Shown: positions 12,846-27,032 of the stretch, in pieces | Numbering within the stretch: the stretch's first letter is position 1 | Layout: the number at the start of each line of letters is the position of its first letter | Notes under the pieces: model-generated | What the model was told of the DNA's origin: nothing | Databases searched by the model: none | Seen by the model: only the letters and a program-made list of their open reading frames with translations | Made by a program: the position numbers and the translations under genes | DNA from: Bispira polyomma | Lineage: Eukaryota | NCBI GenBank assembly: GCA_965649765.1 | Contig: OZ287757.1 | Location: 53,258,001 to 53,322,000, forward strand | DNA length: 64,000 nt | Direction of reading: 5' to 3'

Positions 12846-13687
12846 AAAATAAGGTTATCATCTTTCCCAATGTGTCATACCTGCTAGGTCCTTTTTTCAG
12901 AAGTCACATAAAAAACTTCTTCAATGTTGATCAAGATTTCCACTGGGCTTTGTAAACAATAACAAATCACGCCAGTTCCCACAATTCTATGGGGCGAATT
13001 TTAGATTCCTAACTTTATAGGCTGTGGGTAAAAAACCCTAATACCTTAGGTTTGTTTATGTAATACACATATATGAACTACATAGTTTATAGATACAATA
13101 TACATTTAAACATAGGATTGGAATAGACTGAATTGTATGTGAAGATAATAAAACAGACATTATTGCATTAAAGTGAGAGGGTGTAAAATACAGCAAAATG
13201 AAGTAAATACAGCAACACTATTGAGTGTAATATAAACTCATCAATTGAACACGAATACATGGGAAAAGTACAAAAACAATACTACATCAGATTTATTTAT
13301 GCCAAATAATGTTGGTGAGAGGTTAGAAAACTAAATTTGTTGGGGGTGGAAAATTGCCCTCCCCGAATTTTTTTTTTTAATAATTATGGAAAATGCTTAC
13401 GTATTTACATCATTACCTACCCATGGTGGTAAACAATTCAAAGGATTCTTCATTGTAACTCTCATAGTTTCTTTAAATCTCTCAATGTTACATTTAATTT
13501 CAAAAACAGCAGTATGTAATTGAACTACACTAAGGACCCATTTTAAATACCTACTCAGGATTGCAAAACCAAAGGTTAAATAATTCCAGGAATTGCCCTA
13601 TTTAATTTACAAATGGTTACATTTCACAAACGGTGAGCCATAAAGCAAACTCTAATTGTCTTCATCTGCAAAACTACAGAACCTTAA

Positions 13688-14305
13688 GTGGTGGTTTCAC
13701 ATCCAAGTTCGATCGGCAAAATGGGCCTGATTTAGAGATCTGGGTTGTCGGGGAGCAAAAGACGGGAAAATGAAACTGTATTGCTACCTTGCAGATCAAA
13801 CTGATTGCGTCCCATTTTGATGGAACACCGAGCACGATCAAACTTAAGGTCCATACTAAAACGTCCCCGGCCTCCCAGGTTAGGATCAAACTTACTGGCG
13901 ATAGAATCTTACGGATCCATATCCCTGACCATAAGGATCGAATGTCTAAAAATCAAAGTCAGGACTATTATGGCAAAATAACTGACAAAATGGGCTTTAT
14001 AAGTGCTATATTCTTCCCGGCCGCCCCATTCACCCCTGACCTATACGTTTGGACAGGCCTGGAGTGAGATGAGACCTATCAGACAGATCGTAATGACAAT
14101 CCGATCGAACTTATTCACCGAAGCCGACCTTACCTTTTATAGAGGTTGGGGAGGTAAGTCAGGGGACTTTTTCAAAATATCAAAGATGTTTGATATCCTT
14201 CCAATCCACCGCGACCACCTCGTTTTCGCCCTCAGACCTATACAGACACGCCCTGGACCACAAATTCAGGAAGGTCGGGAAAAATTGGCATAGTGGAACC
14301 ACCAT
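13688..14305. mobile_element. Non-autonomous TIR DNA transposon (~620 bp), flanked by TTAA
   Basis: ttaa|GTGGTGGTTTCACATCCAA ... TTGGCATAGTGGAACCACCAT|ttaa; interior richer in GC and CpG than the flanks. Superfamily ambiguous (PIF/Harbinger TWA vs Kolobok/piggyBac TTAA). Confidence 0.8.
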
Positions 14306-14635
14306 TTAAGGAGTACATACAGTGGGCAAAAAAAGCTCAATCCGGGTCAATCTGCTTCTTTCTTTGTCATGCTTCTGTGAATGTATCAGTACTGTAAGTG
14401 CAACAGTCTCTTTTGTACTAAATAATTGTTCCTGTATGAAACTCGAAACTGATTTATTTACTTGGACTGTTAAAAGTAGGATATCCTATAGGGTGAGTAT
14501 TGATCCCCAAATAGTTATTTGTAATTCAACTTCTTAAGTTATCTGATACCTCTAAAATAGAAAGTTTCTAATTTGTGTTCTGTCTTTTTTAAATATATTT
14601 TTTAACCTAAAATCATGTAACTAATACCAACAGAT

Positions 14636-14770
14636 GCATAAGTCACAGGCGAAATATTAATTTCGCCCAGGCAAAATCAAAATTTTAATCTTGCCAAAGA
14701 GGATTTAATTTTTATTTTTCCCAGGCAAATTTAAAATACACCTGGAATTTAATTTTGCATGTGACATATA
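14636..14770. mobile_element. Small MITE-like element
   Basis: ataagtcacaggcgaaa ... ttttgcatgtgacatat imperfect inverted ends; internal cccaggcaaa repeats. Confidence 0.45.
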
Positions 14771-14946
14771 TACACTCATTAGTGCCAATCACTGTATGTA
14801 TCATGTGTGTATTTTGTATGGATGTTACTACTATTATGAACTAGGGTTGATATATGTCAGTTTGATAGACTGACTACACAGCATGATTTATGTCCCAAAT
14901 AAAAAGATACCTATTATTTTACCAAAGTTGACACAAAAAACCCCAC

Positions 14947-15467
14947 GGTGTACGTTGATTTTGCCACACTTGACTTTGCCACACATTGATTTTGCCATGA
15001 CAGTTTCACAGGGCTATGATTTATAACAGGGTACATATAGAAAAAGTACATTGTATTTGGGAATCAGTAACCTGAGCAGTTATCTCAGAGAAATAACTCA
15101 ATCAATTGCTATTTGAGAAACAGTTTCCTGAGCAGTTAGTAAATCAAAGGATTTTAAAGAAACATTCATTAGATCTCCATCAAAGGAAGATATAATTTAT
15201 ACACACATGGCTTCTCTATAAGAAACACAATTGTATTGGCTCTAATTAGTTAAAGGGACTATTTATGAAATCTTCATCAAAGGAAATGTAAAAACTTTAG
15301 ACTTTTAGTCTTCCTTAATGTATTTCTTTCAAATTAAAAAAAAACAAAACAACAAACATTTAAAATATAACAGCAACAAATTGTGGCAAAAATCATAGCC
15401 CTCTTAAAAACTGTGGCGAAATCATTGTGTGGCAAAAATCAAGTGTGGCAAAACTACAGAGAATCCA
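14947..15467. mobile_element. MITE with long TIRs built from TTTTGCCACAC sub-repeats
   Basis: Left ttttgccacac-type units then agggctatgattt; right aaatcatagccct then gtgtggcaaaa-type units. No TSD recognised. Confidence 0.75.
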
Positions 15468-17469
15468 TATGGCTCATACAATTAAGCAATCAAGCCCTTT
15501 TCAAACTAAGCATTGTATGTACCAATACACGTACGGACAAGAACAATATTAGATGAATATACACATAGAATCATCCATCGAGTAAATGGGCACACTGGTA
15601 AAAAGTGACAATGTGTATTATGCAGATCCTACGTGGTTGTGTGGTGAATTGATCCCCTGCTGGTATTCACAAAAGAGCTGGCAAGTCCAGACATTATCCC
15701 TGATCGAGCACAGACGTGCACTAGAACTGAGATCAAAGTCATGGACTCGAAGTGACCCCCCTGTACTAAATATCCAATTGTTTTCACCATATATGGCATC
15801 TTGTGATTTTTTTCTTGAGGGGGGGAGGGGGTCAAAGTATTAATAAACAAGTGGCAACACGTCGTTTGCATGCATATATAATTATTGTCATAGGGACAGC
15901 AATTCTAGATAGTTTTAATGTAATGTAAACAAGATATGTGACTATGTGTATGCAAAAAAAGTATATTTACAAAACTGGGATAGAGGAGGAACTTTAGAGG
16001 TAAGATTGTGAGTTGTAATCATGGGTCTGATAAAATTTGTAGCTATAAAACACAAGTAACACGTGTTTACATTTCTACAGTGGTTATATTAGACATGCTA
16101 GTTGGTAAACTAAAGACTACGCTATTATGTCTACGTATGAAAACACATATGTGAACAGACTCGCCAAAAAAAGGATGTTTATCTGTCTGACCTTTGACTC
16201 GCCAAGAACAGCTGGTTTTCATACTTTTAACTTGCATTTCGTCAGGATACATGAATTTATAGGAAGCACTTAGCTGGACCTCACGGAACTTCACGAAAAT
16301 AACATTCATTAAACCAAATATGTGTATATAACCTCGGAGAAAAATTATATCACATCATATTTGCTGTAATAATTGCTTGTAATTTCGTCTGTTTAATAAT
16401 AATATTTTTAATAGATAAGCCCGATTGATAAGGTAAGTTTTAATATATCGGGGACCCGATAGTTAAGTGCATTTCTTTATATATCGGGGACCAATTCTAT
16501 AGCCACTTTGCAATCTGTATGCTGGAGTTCATGGGGTATGGGGTAGCTCCAAAATCGCCTGAATCGTGGGAGGTATAACTATAAAATTAACTCTTATAAA
16601 ATTAACTATCCTCAGTATTGAGTATTTATATTGAGTAACTGAGTATTTATATGGATACAGACATTTAATCATTGGAAATTCTTTAGAATTTTATGCTCTC
16701 GTCGGACGGCCCTGGATCAGGGTGTTTCATTCCGGGGTGTAGTATGTACCAATCTATTATTATATTTATTCTTCATTTAATTAGTGGATTTATAATATAC
16801 ACTCTGGAAGGCTGGGAGTAATCGCCTAATGCAGGATATACACTCTGGGGGAAATCGCCTAATGTGCAATATACAGGGTAATATACAGGCCGGAAATTTA
16901 CTTTTTTGTCCACGTACACGTGTTAATACATCTATATTGTCCGTTTATATGTTTAAGCCTAATTTGTCATCTTTATTCTGTCATCTTCAATGTGTCAGCA
17001 TTAATTACTTTATCCTAAAATCAATCCAATTAGGGGATTATGAGTGTTAATGCAGGGTATACCCTTATAATTGGGTACAACCTATAGTTTTAAAGATAAT
17101 TGCATTTATTTCTGTTTCATGGAATTTCATTGTTTGACTAACAAACATCCACATTAAATAAGTAATGTAAGATTAAATTATCAATTCATGTTTTGACTAA
17201 CATACATATACTTAAAAGAAGTTAGACAACTATCAAATATCCTTTTATGTTAAATTTCATGTCTAATATCGTTGTTTTTTGATTAACAGAATTATACTTA
17301 AAGAAATATCAATTTGCCTTTCATGTTAAAGTGCATGTTATTAATGTAGTTTTATTTGCAGTAATATAGTTCAAATAATATCATATGCTTGGCCACTAAA
17401 ACTACACAATTTACTATTACATAATAATTGGGTAATTTTAATTAACCTCCAAAAATATAGGCCATTTTA

Positions 17470-17560
17470 AAGCTACCTCCCAGGATTTAGTCGATTATAA
17501 AGCCACCTTCCAAGATTTAGGTGATTTTAGCACAACCTTCCAAGATTTAGGTGATTTTAG
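17470..17560. repeat. 30-bp tandem repeat, 3 copies
   Basis: acct(c/t)cca(g/a)gatttag..gatt recurs at 30-bp spacing. Confidence 0.8.
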
Positions 17561-20405
17561 GAGATTTCTCCTAATCCAGTTAGGATGTGGGTGATCGCCT
17601 CCGAGTTTTAGAAGGAACTAAGGAAATTGTATGTGTTCCGGTTTACACCCAAATATGCTATTGAAATTCAACTTAATAAAGCAGTGTCTTGTGACAATTG
17701 GTTTTTGATTATTTTAATATCACAAATATGGTAATAGCAGGAGTGGCAGATGTTGCCAATATGAGTAACACCCTAAAAGGTGAAGTCAAATGTGATGTGT
17801 TTTTTTTGGCATTTTTAGAAGGTAATAAATCTTTACCTCTAAAAGGGTGACAGGAAATAATGAGTTATTACTGTGTATTAGTCGAACTAATATTAGTGGT
17901 ACAACATTAGAGTAGAGTGTCGTGCCAAGTTATAGCGGCAATTTTGGAGTTAGAAGATATAGCACCAATTTCTAGATCCTCAATTTCGTATGCCAATAAT
18001 TATAGATCCACAATTGAATATGGCGTCATAATCTGTCACCTGGAGTATGAGACTGGGTGAGTTAATAGAGGGCTTCAAGTGGAGATACCCATGTTACAGT
18101 CTCTTCCCCCGTCCACTACCCCTCGTTCAAGTAAAAGGTTTGCCTTCTGGTGAACTGTTATAGGGGGTATCAGCATACCGGTCCTTCCTTTAAAAAATAT
18201 GTTTAAGAGAGATTTTCCGAGCATTAAAAAAATCATTGCTGTTGAATCACTGTCAAAGTCCTATAATTTTTATAACATTTTAAGTTTTGTCTAAGACCCA
18301 AAAGTTCTGTGTCTGCCTTTGTCCTTGTCTCTTGGTATCCTCATTGTATACACTCTTAATCAGACAAGTTAATTGCTCCAAGCTGATGTAATAAAACCCT
18401 ATTGTTTATCTTTAAACTTCAAAATCATTTTTTTAGGCCTTTATTCCGATACTAAATATTCTATATAAATATTTGAAAAAAAATTACTATTTTTGTCCTC
18501 ACTGTGTTCATTTAAAAAAAATAGTAGGTGGTATCTTTGTTAATCTAATCTAATCTAACTTTTATAGTACTCATGTCTGTGTTAGCAGATTCTAAGGTGC
18601 ATGAGACTGAAAATCATTTTGACAATTCTATATAGCCATTGGACCTACAGGGGGTTTGACCATCGAGACGCCGTTAATGTTAGTGTGTTTTACAAAATTC
18701 TTCCCATACAGAATTATTAGACCTTTATTGTGATACTAAATATGTAGACCTATAATATTGAAAATACTATGACTTCTCTTTTCTTAAAAATATGTAGAGC
18801 TAATTCAATTAGCAGATACACTACATCCGAAAAACTAGCCGATTTTGCTAGTATTCATGTTAAAAAAAAAGTGAAATCAATGAAATTACTTCCCATCCGT
18901 CAATCGTTGGACCGATTTTTAACATTCGGCTCTTGATTCGGGGGTAAAATCAGCCAGGTGTATCCTACTTTTTTATTTTCATTGATTTCAATTTTTTCGG
19001 AAGACAGAAATAGACGTTGGTTGACGGATTCCAAGGCAAAATCGGATAGGTATATTCACCCTTTTAGAAGTATTCTGGAAGGCATCTGTCCCCCTTGCAC
19101 TTTGACCATCATCTCAATTATCAATATAATCCACTTTGTGGTATCATGTAATCTCATTGTCTTTTAACTGGCATACAAGCTTCAAATCTTTGTAACATCC
19201 TTACTAATGGTATGTTGTTTTACAATTCAAAAACATTCTCGATCAGCATCATCAGTCATTACTTTGATACTAAATATCCTATTAAAATGTGTAAAAAGTA
19301 TATATAATGACTTTTTTTCATCCTCAGACATATGTAGAACGAATTCACTGTTTGAAGACATATATAGTCTTTTTAAATATCTCTTTCCCAACACAGGCTT
19401 GACCAGACAGTCTGATTTACCCCCCTTCCTTGTGCTATCATGTAAATTTCTTTATAATGGTCTGTTTTTCACAATTCAAGTTTGGAGTTCCCATCTTCTT
19501 CATATTTTACAACTATTCGGCCATCATTATTGTATTCATCATACGACTCATTGACAATATAATCCCTTCCTGATTCGTCATCATTATCTCCAATTTCTTC
19601 ATCAAACATTGACTGGCTCTAATTCACCCTTTTTGAACAATTTTGGTTTTGAACATTTTGCAGCATTAAAAAAACAGGCGTTTCCTTCAATTAGGGGTGA
19701 CTGCGAACAGCCGTGTCTGAAGGTAAACGTGAAATACCCATGTAATACCAAGACACAAAGCTCTTTCAAAAGCCTCCTTAATTAAGGTCACGCTCTAAAA
19801 AGTGATCAAACAAAAACAAATGCTTACTGAATTACTAAAATAACTATGGAAAAGTTGGCTTGACTAGTTCACCCTGTCCTGGACAGAGTGAAAAACAAGT
19901 ATTTTTTTTTATCAGCAAATTGTGTAGCTTTGGTTCATGGTAGAATCATTAATGTGTCCTTAATTTCCAACATTGTCCTTAGTATTATTGTTCTCCTTGT
20001 TACAACTGTAATATATCAGTACATACCCACAATTGAGGGTATTGATATTATCCTATAATAGTCAATTAATTTGGGTTTGCTTTTTTTGTCAAGAATAAAT
20101 TAACTGTTTACTCTCAATGCCTTCCCTGTGTCATTACTTTTTTGTGACTGGTTGTTGTGTGACTGGAATATCCAGATATTCAGCAGCACACAATATTATA
20201 AGCGACAAAATAAATGCATAGTGCCAAAATACACCAGACAAATATATAACATTGTTATGTTGTTTCAGATTTCCAGAAGAAAAGTTCCTCGCTACAGATC
20301 AATTGACTGTAATATCAACGCAGCGGTTTCGTTTAACTAGTGGGATTAATTTTCCATGAGGGAACCTTTAATTCTTCAAAAAAAAACCAAAAAAAAACTC
20401 CGAAA

Positions 20406-20742
20406 ATGGCAGCAGGCTGGGGCAAAGTGAAAAACACACTTCTTCGCCCCAAACTACGAAGTGGGCTTCAAGCTGTGTCAGTACTCATCATTCTAGGCAT
20501 TCTAGGCATTCTGATGATGTATACCACGAACACCCAAGTACCAGTAACTAGACTGCGCTATCCCCAGAACAGGAATTCCTTCTATAGCGATCAGAAGGAA
20601 ATATGCCAATATTTTGTGCAACCAATTAAAGTGGACATGAGGATGGGGACCTGGCAGGCCCAGAAAGTCACCACTTCTACTGACAGGGACGACATGGTGT
20701 TTGTTATACACTCCTATTACGATGACAGACCCAGATTACATG
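20406..20742 (+). CDS. Glycosyltransferase family 92 (GALT-1-like) gene, coding exon 1: cytoplasmic tail, signal-anchor and stem
   Basis: ATG in aaaATGG context; basic tail then TM AVSVLIILGILGILMMY; HSYYDDR fits the SAY(Y/F)D.R motif of GT92 proteins; donor G|GTAAGG at 20742/20743 (phase 1); upstream acceptor tgtttcag ends 20268. Confidence 0.85.
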
Positions 20743-21199
20743 GTAAGGAGTAGACTGACTATTTTGTTGCCATATTTTGTGGGTTTTTTTTGACATGGCG
20801 CCTACTACTTGCCTGGCAATTATGGTAATTGCAACAGTTATGGACACCCATAATGTTTAAATCACAAATTTCCTTAATATAATTTCATTAAAATATTTTT
20901 TATCAGTAATAGATCCACCTAGATCAGTATTGAAAGAAAAAACCTTATTATATTATTCAGGATGACCATAAGCGGTACCACCATCCTTAAATATTGCTAG
21001 CCAAACAGTACCACGCCCATAACTTGACCAATCTGACACAGAACCTTTTTACCCACAGGACAGGAAAAAAACAAACCTATTTGTGTGTACCCTTTAAAAA
21101 ATAAACAATGTTGCTTATCGTATCATTTTTGTAAAAAAATAAGTGCACACAGGTGACCTACTAATTGTAAGATTTGTATGGCTAAAGTATTATAATTTT

Positions 21200-22230
21200 C
21201 AAAAACAAACAAATGGTAAGCTGATCATTTTTGTACCAGAAGGAGCCAGTGGCACAGGCCCAGCTTACTGAAAGACTCGCTGTTTGTGAAGTCATTTATA
21301 TCTGATGTTGACTGACTTGCCAGACATCATTTATGCATAATGATGACATTGCTGTGATGTGCAACAGTAGCGGATCTATTAACACTATAATTTATTCTAA
21401 CACATAAGCTGTTTGTCATTTTACAGCGTATTACAGGAACATGGTCAACACCCATTTATACATATATACAACTCATACTAACACCAGGGCCACGTCCTAT
21501 ACACATAAGATTTCTAAAACATTATTGAAAGCAACAGTCACTTTGTTAATAACAGAATTTGTATATTTCATCCACAACTGAGAAGTATAAAAATTACATA
21601 TACAGGATTTAGATAGGTTTGGGTACACAGTGTGTCTATGTTCTGGGACCCTAAATATTATTCCTACAATTTTAGTCTGATTAAACCAAATATAATGGGC
21701 ATCTCCACATTGCTTACATATATTTACTGGCTTTTGTAACCCTTTTATAGATGGGCTGAGTAGAACTATATCATCAGCATACATTATGAGATTTTTTAAA
21801 TGATTACTGATGAAGTAGCCAGCTTGGCAATTGTTTAAGAGACGACTCAATCCATCCATGAATATACAGAACAACAATAGTGATAGAATTCCTCCCTGAT
21901 GTACACTATTTTGAATTTTAAAGTTGCAAGAAGTACAGTTACTCCAGCGAATGAAAACATTCTGCATAGTATACCAATAGTGTATGATATGAATAATAAC
22001 TACTGGGGTACCCCGTTTTTGTAACTTTTTAAATAACTTGTCATATCTCATTCTATCAAAAGCTTTAAAAGCATTCATGAAACAGGAAAAGACTGAGGAG
22101 TTGTGTGTATTGTGAAAACGTACAAGTTCCTTTAATACAACTATAGCCATTTCAGTGGTATGATTGGGTTTAAAACCAAACTGATTATCAGTAGTTTGAA
22201 TACAGTTTAACATCCTATTAGGTAAAATAT
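21200..22230 (-). mobile_element. Decayed non-LTR reverse transcriptase fragment inside the GT92 intron
   Basis: ORF 21497-22213: QFGFK, AFKAFDR, VHQGGILS, MYADD; antisense to the host gene. Confidence 0.9.
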
Positions 22231-23639
22231 TTCACTGTGGCACAATGAATGACTTCTGGGCATAAAAGAACCAGTATTCAACTTTAAGGCAGATATTTCT
22301 TTCCTCATTTTTAACTACCACATTTTCAGTTTTCATATTTCTTTACAATATTGTGGGACGTTAATATGTATAGGTGTGACTAGGCCATTAGAGAGATTTC
22401 GTACTCATACTCCATTACATCAATTTCCGGAATAATGTATAATATGGTACGTAGTGGTCACACTTTTCTATTTTATAAGTGTTTAAGCCATATTATTATA
22501 CAAAGATTGTTTAAGTAAATGGTAAAATATATATATATATATATATATATATAACATCATCTTGCTTAGTTTTAGTTTCTAGTTCTGTGTAGTAGAAATA
22601 CGACAGGCCTGTTGACCACAGAAGGCAAGGTCAAGCATTTCTATGTGTCTGTTTATAGGTCCCACTTTTAGCTGTGTGAATGAACGTACCACAAAACTTC
22701 AACTTCTTTGATGTCTGACTTTTCTCTGCAACATATTTTTTACGGGTACGTTTTGGGTACATGGCATATATATCATGGCAAACGTAGCACAAAAACTCTA
22801 ATATGCAGGATATCAGCAAAAAAAATTCCTTAATCTATGTTAATAAAGTTCAATAATTAGAGCCAAAACATATTAGTATATTTGTATACATCAGCTATGC
22901 ATATCAGATCTGTATGAGTAAATAATCGCTGAACGATAGATTTCATTTATTCCGAACATTATACTAAAAGTTGTACATGTTTGTATTAAAGAAGTCCTTC
23001 AATATGAACATCAACCATTTATGATAGCTTACGTATACACATAAAAATATTCTATTCTATTTTATACCACCTTTTCCAACTCATATGATAAACTAATGAC
23101 AATAACTAAAAGTGTATGCAAGTATAGATGTGTAAAATGCAACCAAGGTGGATGGATGTAATTTGAATTAGATGAAAACCAGTATAGGATGGTTGGCCTA
23201 CAATAAATCTACCCTCAACTTTCCCATGTCTGGGTCGACAGTCAAACCCAGAACTGCAACAAAAGATGCAAGAGTGTTACCCTCATGTGTAGCAAATTGA
23301 AATTGCACATTTTCTGAGTGGACAATAGGGAAAATGTGAACCCTGATTATATATAACAAGGGAGTAGGTCATCACAACAACAAATTATAAGCTTTGAGTC
23401 TATTTTTCAAACAGGATAGTATCGGGATAAAAACTACATTATGGGGTAAGACTCTATTCTTTCAATTTGAACTTTAGAGTGATGGAACTTTTGATGTCTG
23501 TATGTTTTTATATATGTGCAATGTATAGGTTACTACATCCACTTATATATTACTGGAGATGTAGTGAATTATTATAAGTAATAGATGTCACCGATAACAT
23601 CATATTAGTTATATCTTTTTGCTGTGTTTTATGCTCCAG

Positions 23640-24739
23640 GCAACCACTTCTTGAGACTCTTCCTCGTGATGCAGACAAAAAGCTGGCAAGTTTTGAGGAA
23701 AAAAGCTTTTTGTTATTTGTGGACAGAAGGCAGCTCACACCCAGTGATCACTACTTCTGTGTTTAAGAGACTGGATATTCGTAGATTCGAATCTGTTGTC
23801 AACAACAGGACCTACAACAGCATTTTGATGAGCTGCCCGATTCCCATCAAATTGAAATACAGGATCTCACATATTTCCTTCAACACCATCAACTGCAGTG
23901 GTGAACTGACATCGTATTTACCGGTGACATACATTAAGCAGCAAGACACCTTTACTCATACCTTTGGTCAGTGTATCGCCAATGGAATGTCATACGGTTT
24001 CATGGGTGACAAGCAGGCCCGCTGGATGGTGGAGTGGATAGAAATGAACAGGCTGTTTGGTATCACTGAATTCAATTTGTACAATGGCACTATGCAAGTG
24101 AGTGCCAATTACCAGAAGGTCCTAGAGTTTTACCAAGACAAAGGCATCTTAAGGTTATACCATCAGGTGCCCCCTGTAGTAAATCTCGATCCAACACAGT
24201 TATTCACAGCCAAAATTGCCAAGAGAACCGGATATAATGACTGTCTTTACCGCAACATGTACCGCTACCAGTACATTGTCTCCATCGATCTAGATGAAAT
24301 AATTGTTCCTGCAGGGAATTATACCAACTACACACATATATTGCAGCAGCTGGACCTAAAGAATGTGGCAACTATTAAAATTGGAAAACAACGATACCCC
24401 CAGAAAATATTAAATCAAGGACAGAATGTCAGTCACAAATTTGACCTAGTGACAACCAAATTCATTAGGGAAGTGTCAGAAGGAAGAACCAAGCATTTCT
24501 TCAACCCTCGTCTATGCCTTGCAGGCCGCACGCATGGGTGCATGGAAAATTTGGACAATGCTAAGAATATTAACGCCAAGCACACAAGCAGGTTAGCCAA
24601 GTTAAATCATTACAGGGAGGAGTGTGGGAATTGTCAGGAGAAGTGGGAATCAATGACAGAGAACAGAAACATATACAGATTTGCCACGTCACATTTTTAC
24701 AAACAGGTTCAATCTATCTGGAATCAACTTGACATATAA
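23640..24739 (+). CDS. Glycosyltransferase family 92 gene, coding exon 2 (catalytic domain); joined protein 478 aa
   Basis: Acceptor ctccag ends 23639; phase matches exon 1 (G+GC = Gly; 337+1100 nt = 479 codons incl. stop). Motifs EWIEMNRLFG, NDCLYRNMYRYQYIVSIDLDEIIVP (DxD) and LNHYR are typical of GT92/DUF23. AATAAA at 24856. Confidence 0.9.
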
Positions 24740-25689
24740 TTTATTGATTATATATCAATCACTATGTATTATATAATCAATATGTTTGGCATTTTTTCAG
24801 CCTGGGTAACATATTTGTAAGGAACTGCAGCCTAATGTTGTTTAAGTTAGACATCAATAAACTTACATCAAAAGTTTACATGCTTGTAACACAGTGACAA
24901 CTGTGAATTTTTCATTTTATTTTAACGATTAACACAAATAACTTTTTGCTTGGAACACAATGGTAAAATAAGATATTACCACTCTTGGCGATGTGACATT
25001 ATAAAAGAAACATTTATCATTATGATACTTGTGTACATTCATTTAAAAATATGTTAGGACAGTAAAAAGTAAACCCACTTTATTTACTACTTTACTTTTA
25101 CTAACATATCCCTCTCTTTTGTTGTGAATTATGTGGATAAGCAGATTGAGATGTAGGCAGTATGTATTACAGGGGAGATAGTTCTCAACGTATTTAATTT
25201 GGGGATGATGCTGGTGCCACTTTTAAACAAATCTGAGAAAAACCCTTCGGTTGTGACATACGTCTAGTTGTTTCTGTGTTCTAAATATCTAGCTTGAATA
25301 TTTCATCTTACTAGCAATGAAGGTCACTGAAACTGTTAAAACTGACTGGAAAATCAGCTAAAGTTGAGCCCAAAATTACTGAATCACTGTTTGGCACTGT
25401 TGGCAGAAATAGTTTTGTTGCAAAGGAGACCTATGATGTTAAGAACCAATAAGTATAATTCCTGTTTTATCCAGGTTTACGTTCAATTTAGAATGATTTA
25501 TCCATGATCTAATTGATATAAAACAGCCAATGAAATGATTAAGGGTTTGGGAACATTTTCAGGGGTAGTAGATAAAGGTATCATCTGCAAAAAAGAAAAG
25601 GATAGCTGATATTATGGTGCAAGGGAATATTACCGTTCTGGTGCCTTAGCCAATGTGAGAAATCACACAATATTCTTGGATCACTATGC

Positions 25690-26020
25690 TACATAAAGTG
25701 TGAAAAGAAGTATAAAGATTTTACTCCAAAACAAAAGTAACAGTTTCTGGAGAGATGTAAAAAACATTAATGTTTGTAAAACTAAATTACCACACTGTGT
25801 AGATGGTAAAACGGGTGAAGATGAAATAAGTTGTTTTTTTTTGCTGAGAATCAAAGAGCACTTTATGACTCAGTTTGATATAATAAAAAATAAAATGCAT
25901 AATTTGTTGTATGAAATAGATAATGATATCATAAATAAATGTGTCAAAGGCAATTGTTATTGCTCTAATCAGATTAAATGTTTTGATGTTGATAATGCCA
26001 TGAATGACTTGATTAAGGCA
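25690..26020 (+). mobile_element. LINE ORF2 relic (endonuclease-RT linker)
   Basis: FWRDVKNIN..LPHCVDGKTGEDEIS resembles the pre-RT linker of non-LTR ORF2; stops abruptly where the duplicated block begins. Confidence 0.6.
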
Positions 26021-26514
26021 AGGTAAGCTAATATGGTGTAATATACAGGGAATATGTGTACACTGTAGATGAGAATGAAAGACTTGGTGAAAACAAATCA
26101 ATGTATGTAGTTAGTGTTTATCTCAGCTAGTAGGCCTTACCTTTGAGCTCATATGGTAATGTGGTGGACTTTAAAGTCCAGTTTATTACATGGAGAAGAA
26201 CAGTAGTTCGACCCTCTCTCTGCAAGCAAGTTTATTTAAGCCAGAGGTCAACTCGAAATTTAAAGAGAAGGTATGTAATGTACAATGAATATTAGTACAC
26301 TGTAGATGTGAATAGAAGTCTATACTAGTCTGCTTTATAAGATGAATGAGAAAACTCTATGTATCTAGAATATTAGTCAGTGTGATTTGTAACAGTCTGT
26401 GGAAGCCTACCTTACTAAAAACAATATTGGTTTTGAAAAGCAGAGGACTTGGGTTCAATTCCATTAAGGGACAGATATAAGTTGTGTTTTACGACACACT
26501 TTCAACAGCTTAGT

Positions 26515-26700
26515 TTACATCATGACGGTCAGATTTAATGGTGAAAGAAACCAGTGCTGAAGTACCTGTAAACCAACTACCTACGGCAAGTACCTGACAA
26601 GCTTTCCCACGTAAAGGAACAAACACGATACAAACACACATTGGTTAGAGACCAGTAATTATGAAGCTAATGTTTCCAACCGCTAGGCTGCTGCTGGCCA
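26515..26700 (-). mobile_element. Older SINE relic (related pieces at ~8540-8640 and ~27930-28090, both minus)
   Basis: gagaccagtaattatgaagctaatg..aaccgctagg matches the reverse-complemented family A head (cf. 43939-43980); body similar to 870-1080. Confidence 0.65.
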
Positions 26701-27001
26701 TCACATATGGTTAAGTCTCATTATATCAGGCTAGAGTGAATTTAAATCACATCCGACCACATATTTGAATTTAGGCCTGACAGCTCTATTAAAATGAATT
26801 GTCACAAGTATAGGATTATTGCAGCTACACTCACTTTCCGCATAAGCCTTCATTAGCGCCTGAGTTTAAGTTTGAACTTATTGCTTTGTTGACTATAGCT
26901 TACATGTGGATATGTGTGTTACAAAGAACTGTCCCCAGTTTGACCCCAAAGCAAAGCTTTGGTAAATGACCTTGTAAGGAGACACAATAATGAGCAAATA
27001 A

Positions 27002-27032
<31 letters not shown>

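Larger units (their letters stand above)
8141..12990 (+). repeat. Local duplication, copy A (paralogous to 26016-29780)
   Basis: Collinear matches 8141/26016, 8920/28795, 9780/29035, 10350/29100, 11725/29262, 12240/29560, 12860/29660, separated by copy-specific insertions. Confidence 0.88.

Noticed and set aside
13674-14293. Three overlapping ORFs as a small gene or transposase
   Set aside because: No recognisable motifs or ATG-led long frame; all lie in a GC-richer TIR element where stops are rarer.
19140-19750. Possible decayed coding or transposase sequence on the minus strand
   Set aside because: An acidic-looking stretch, but it has frequent stops and no motif I can identify.
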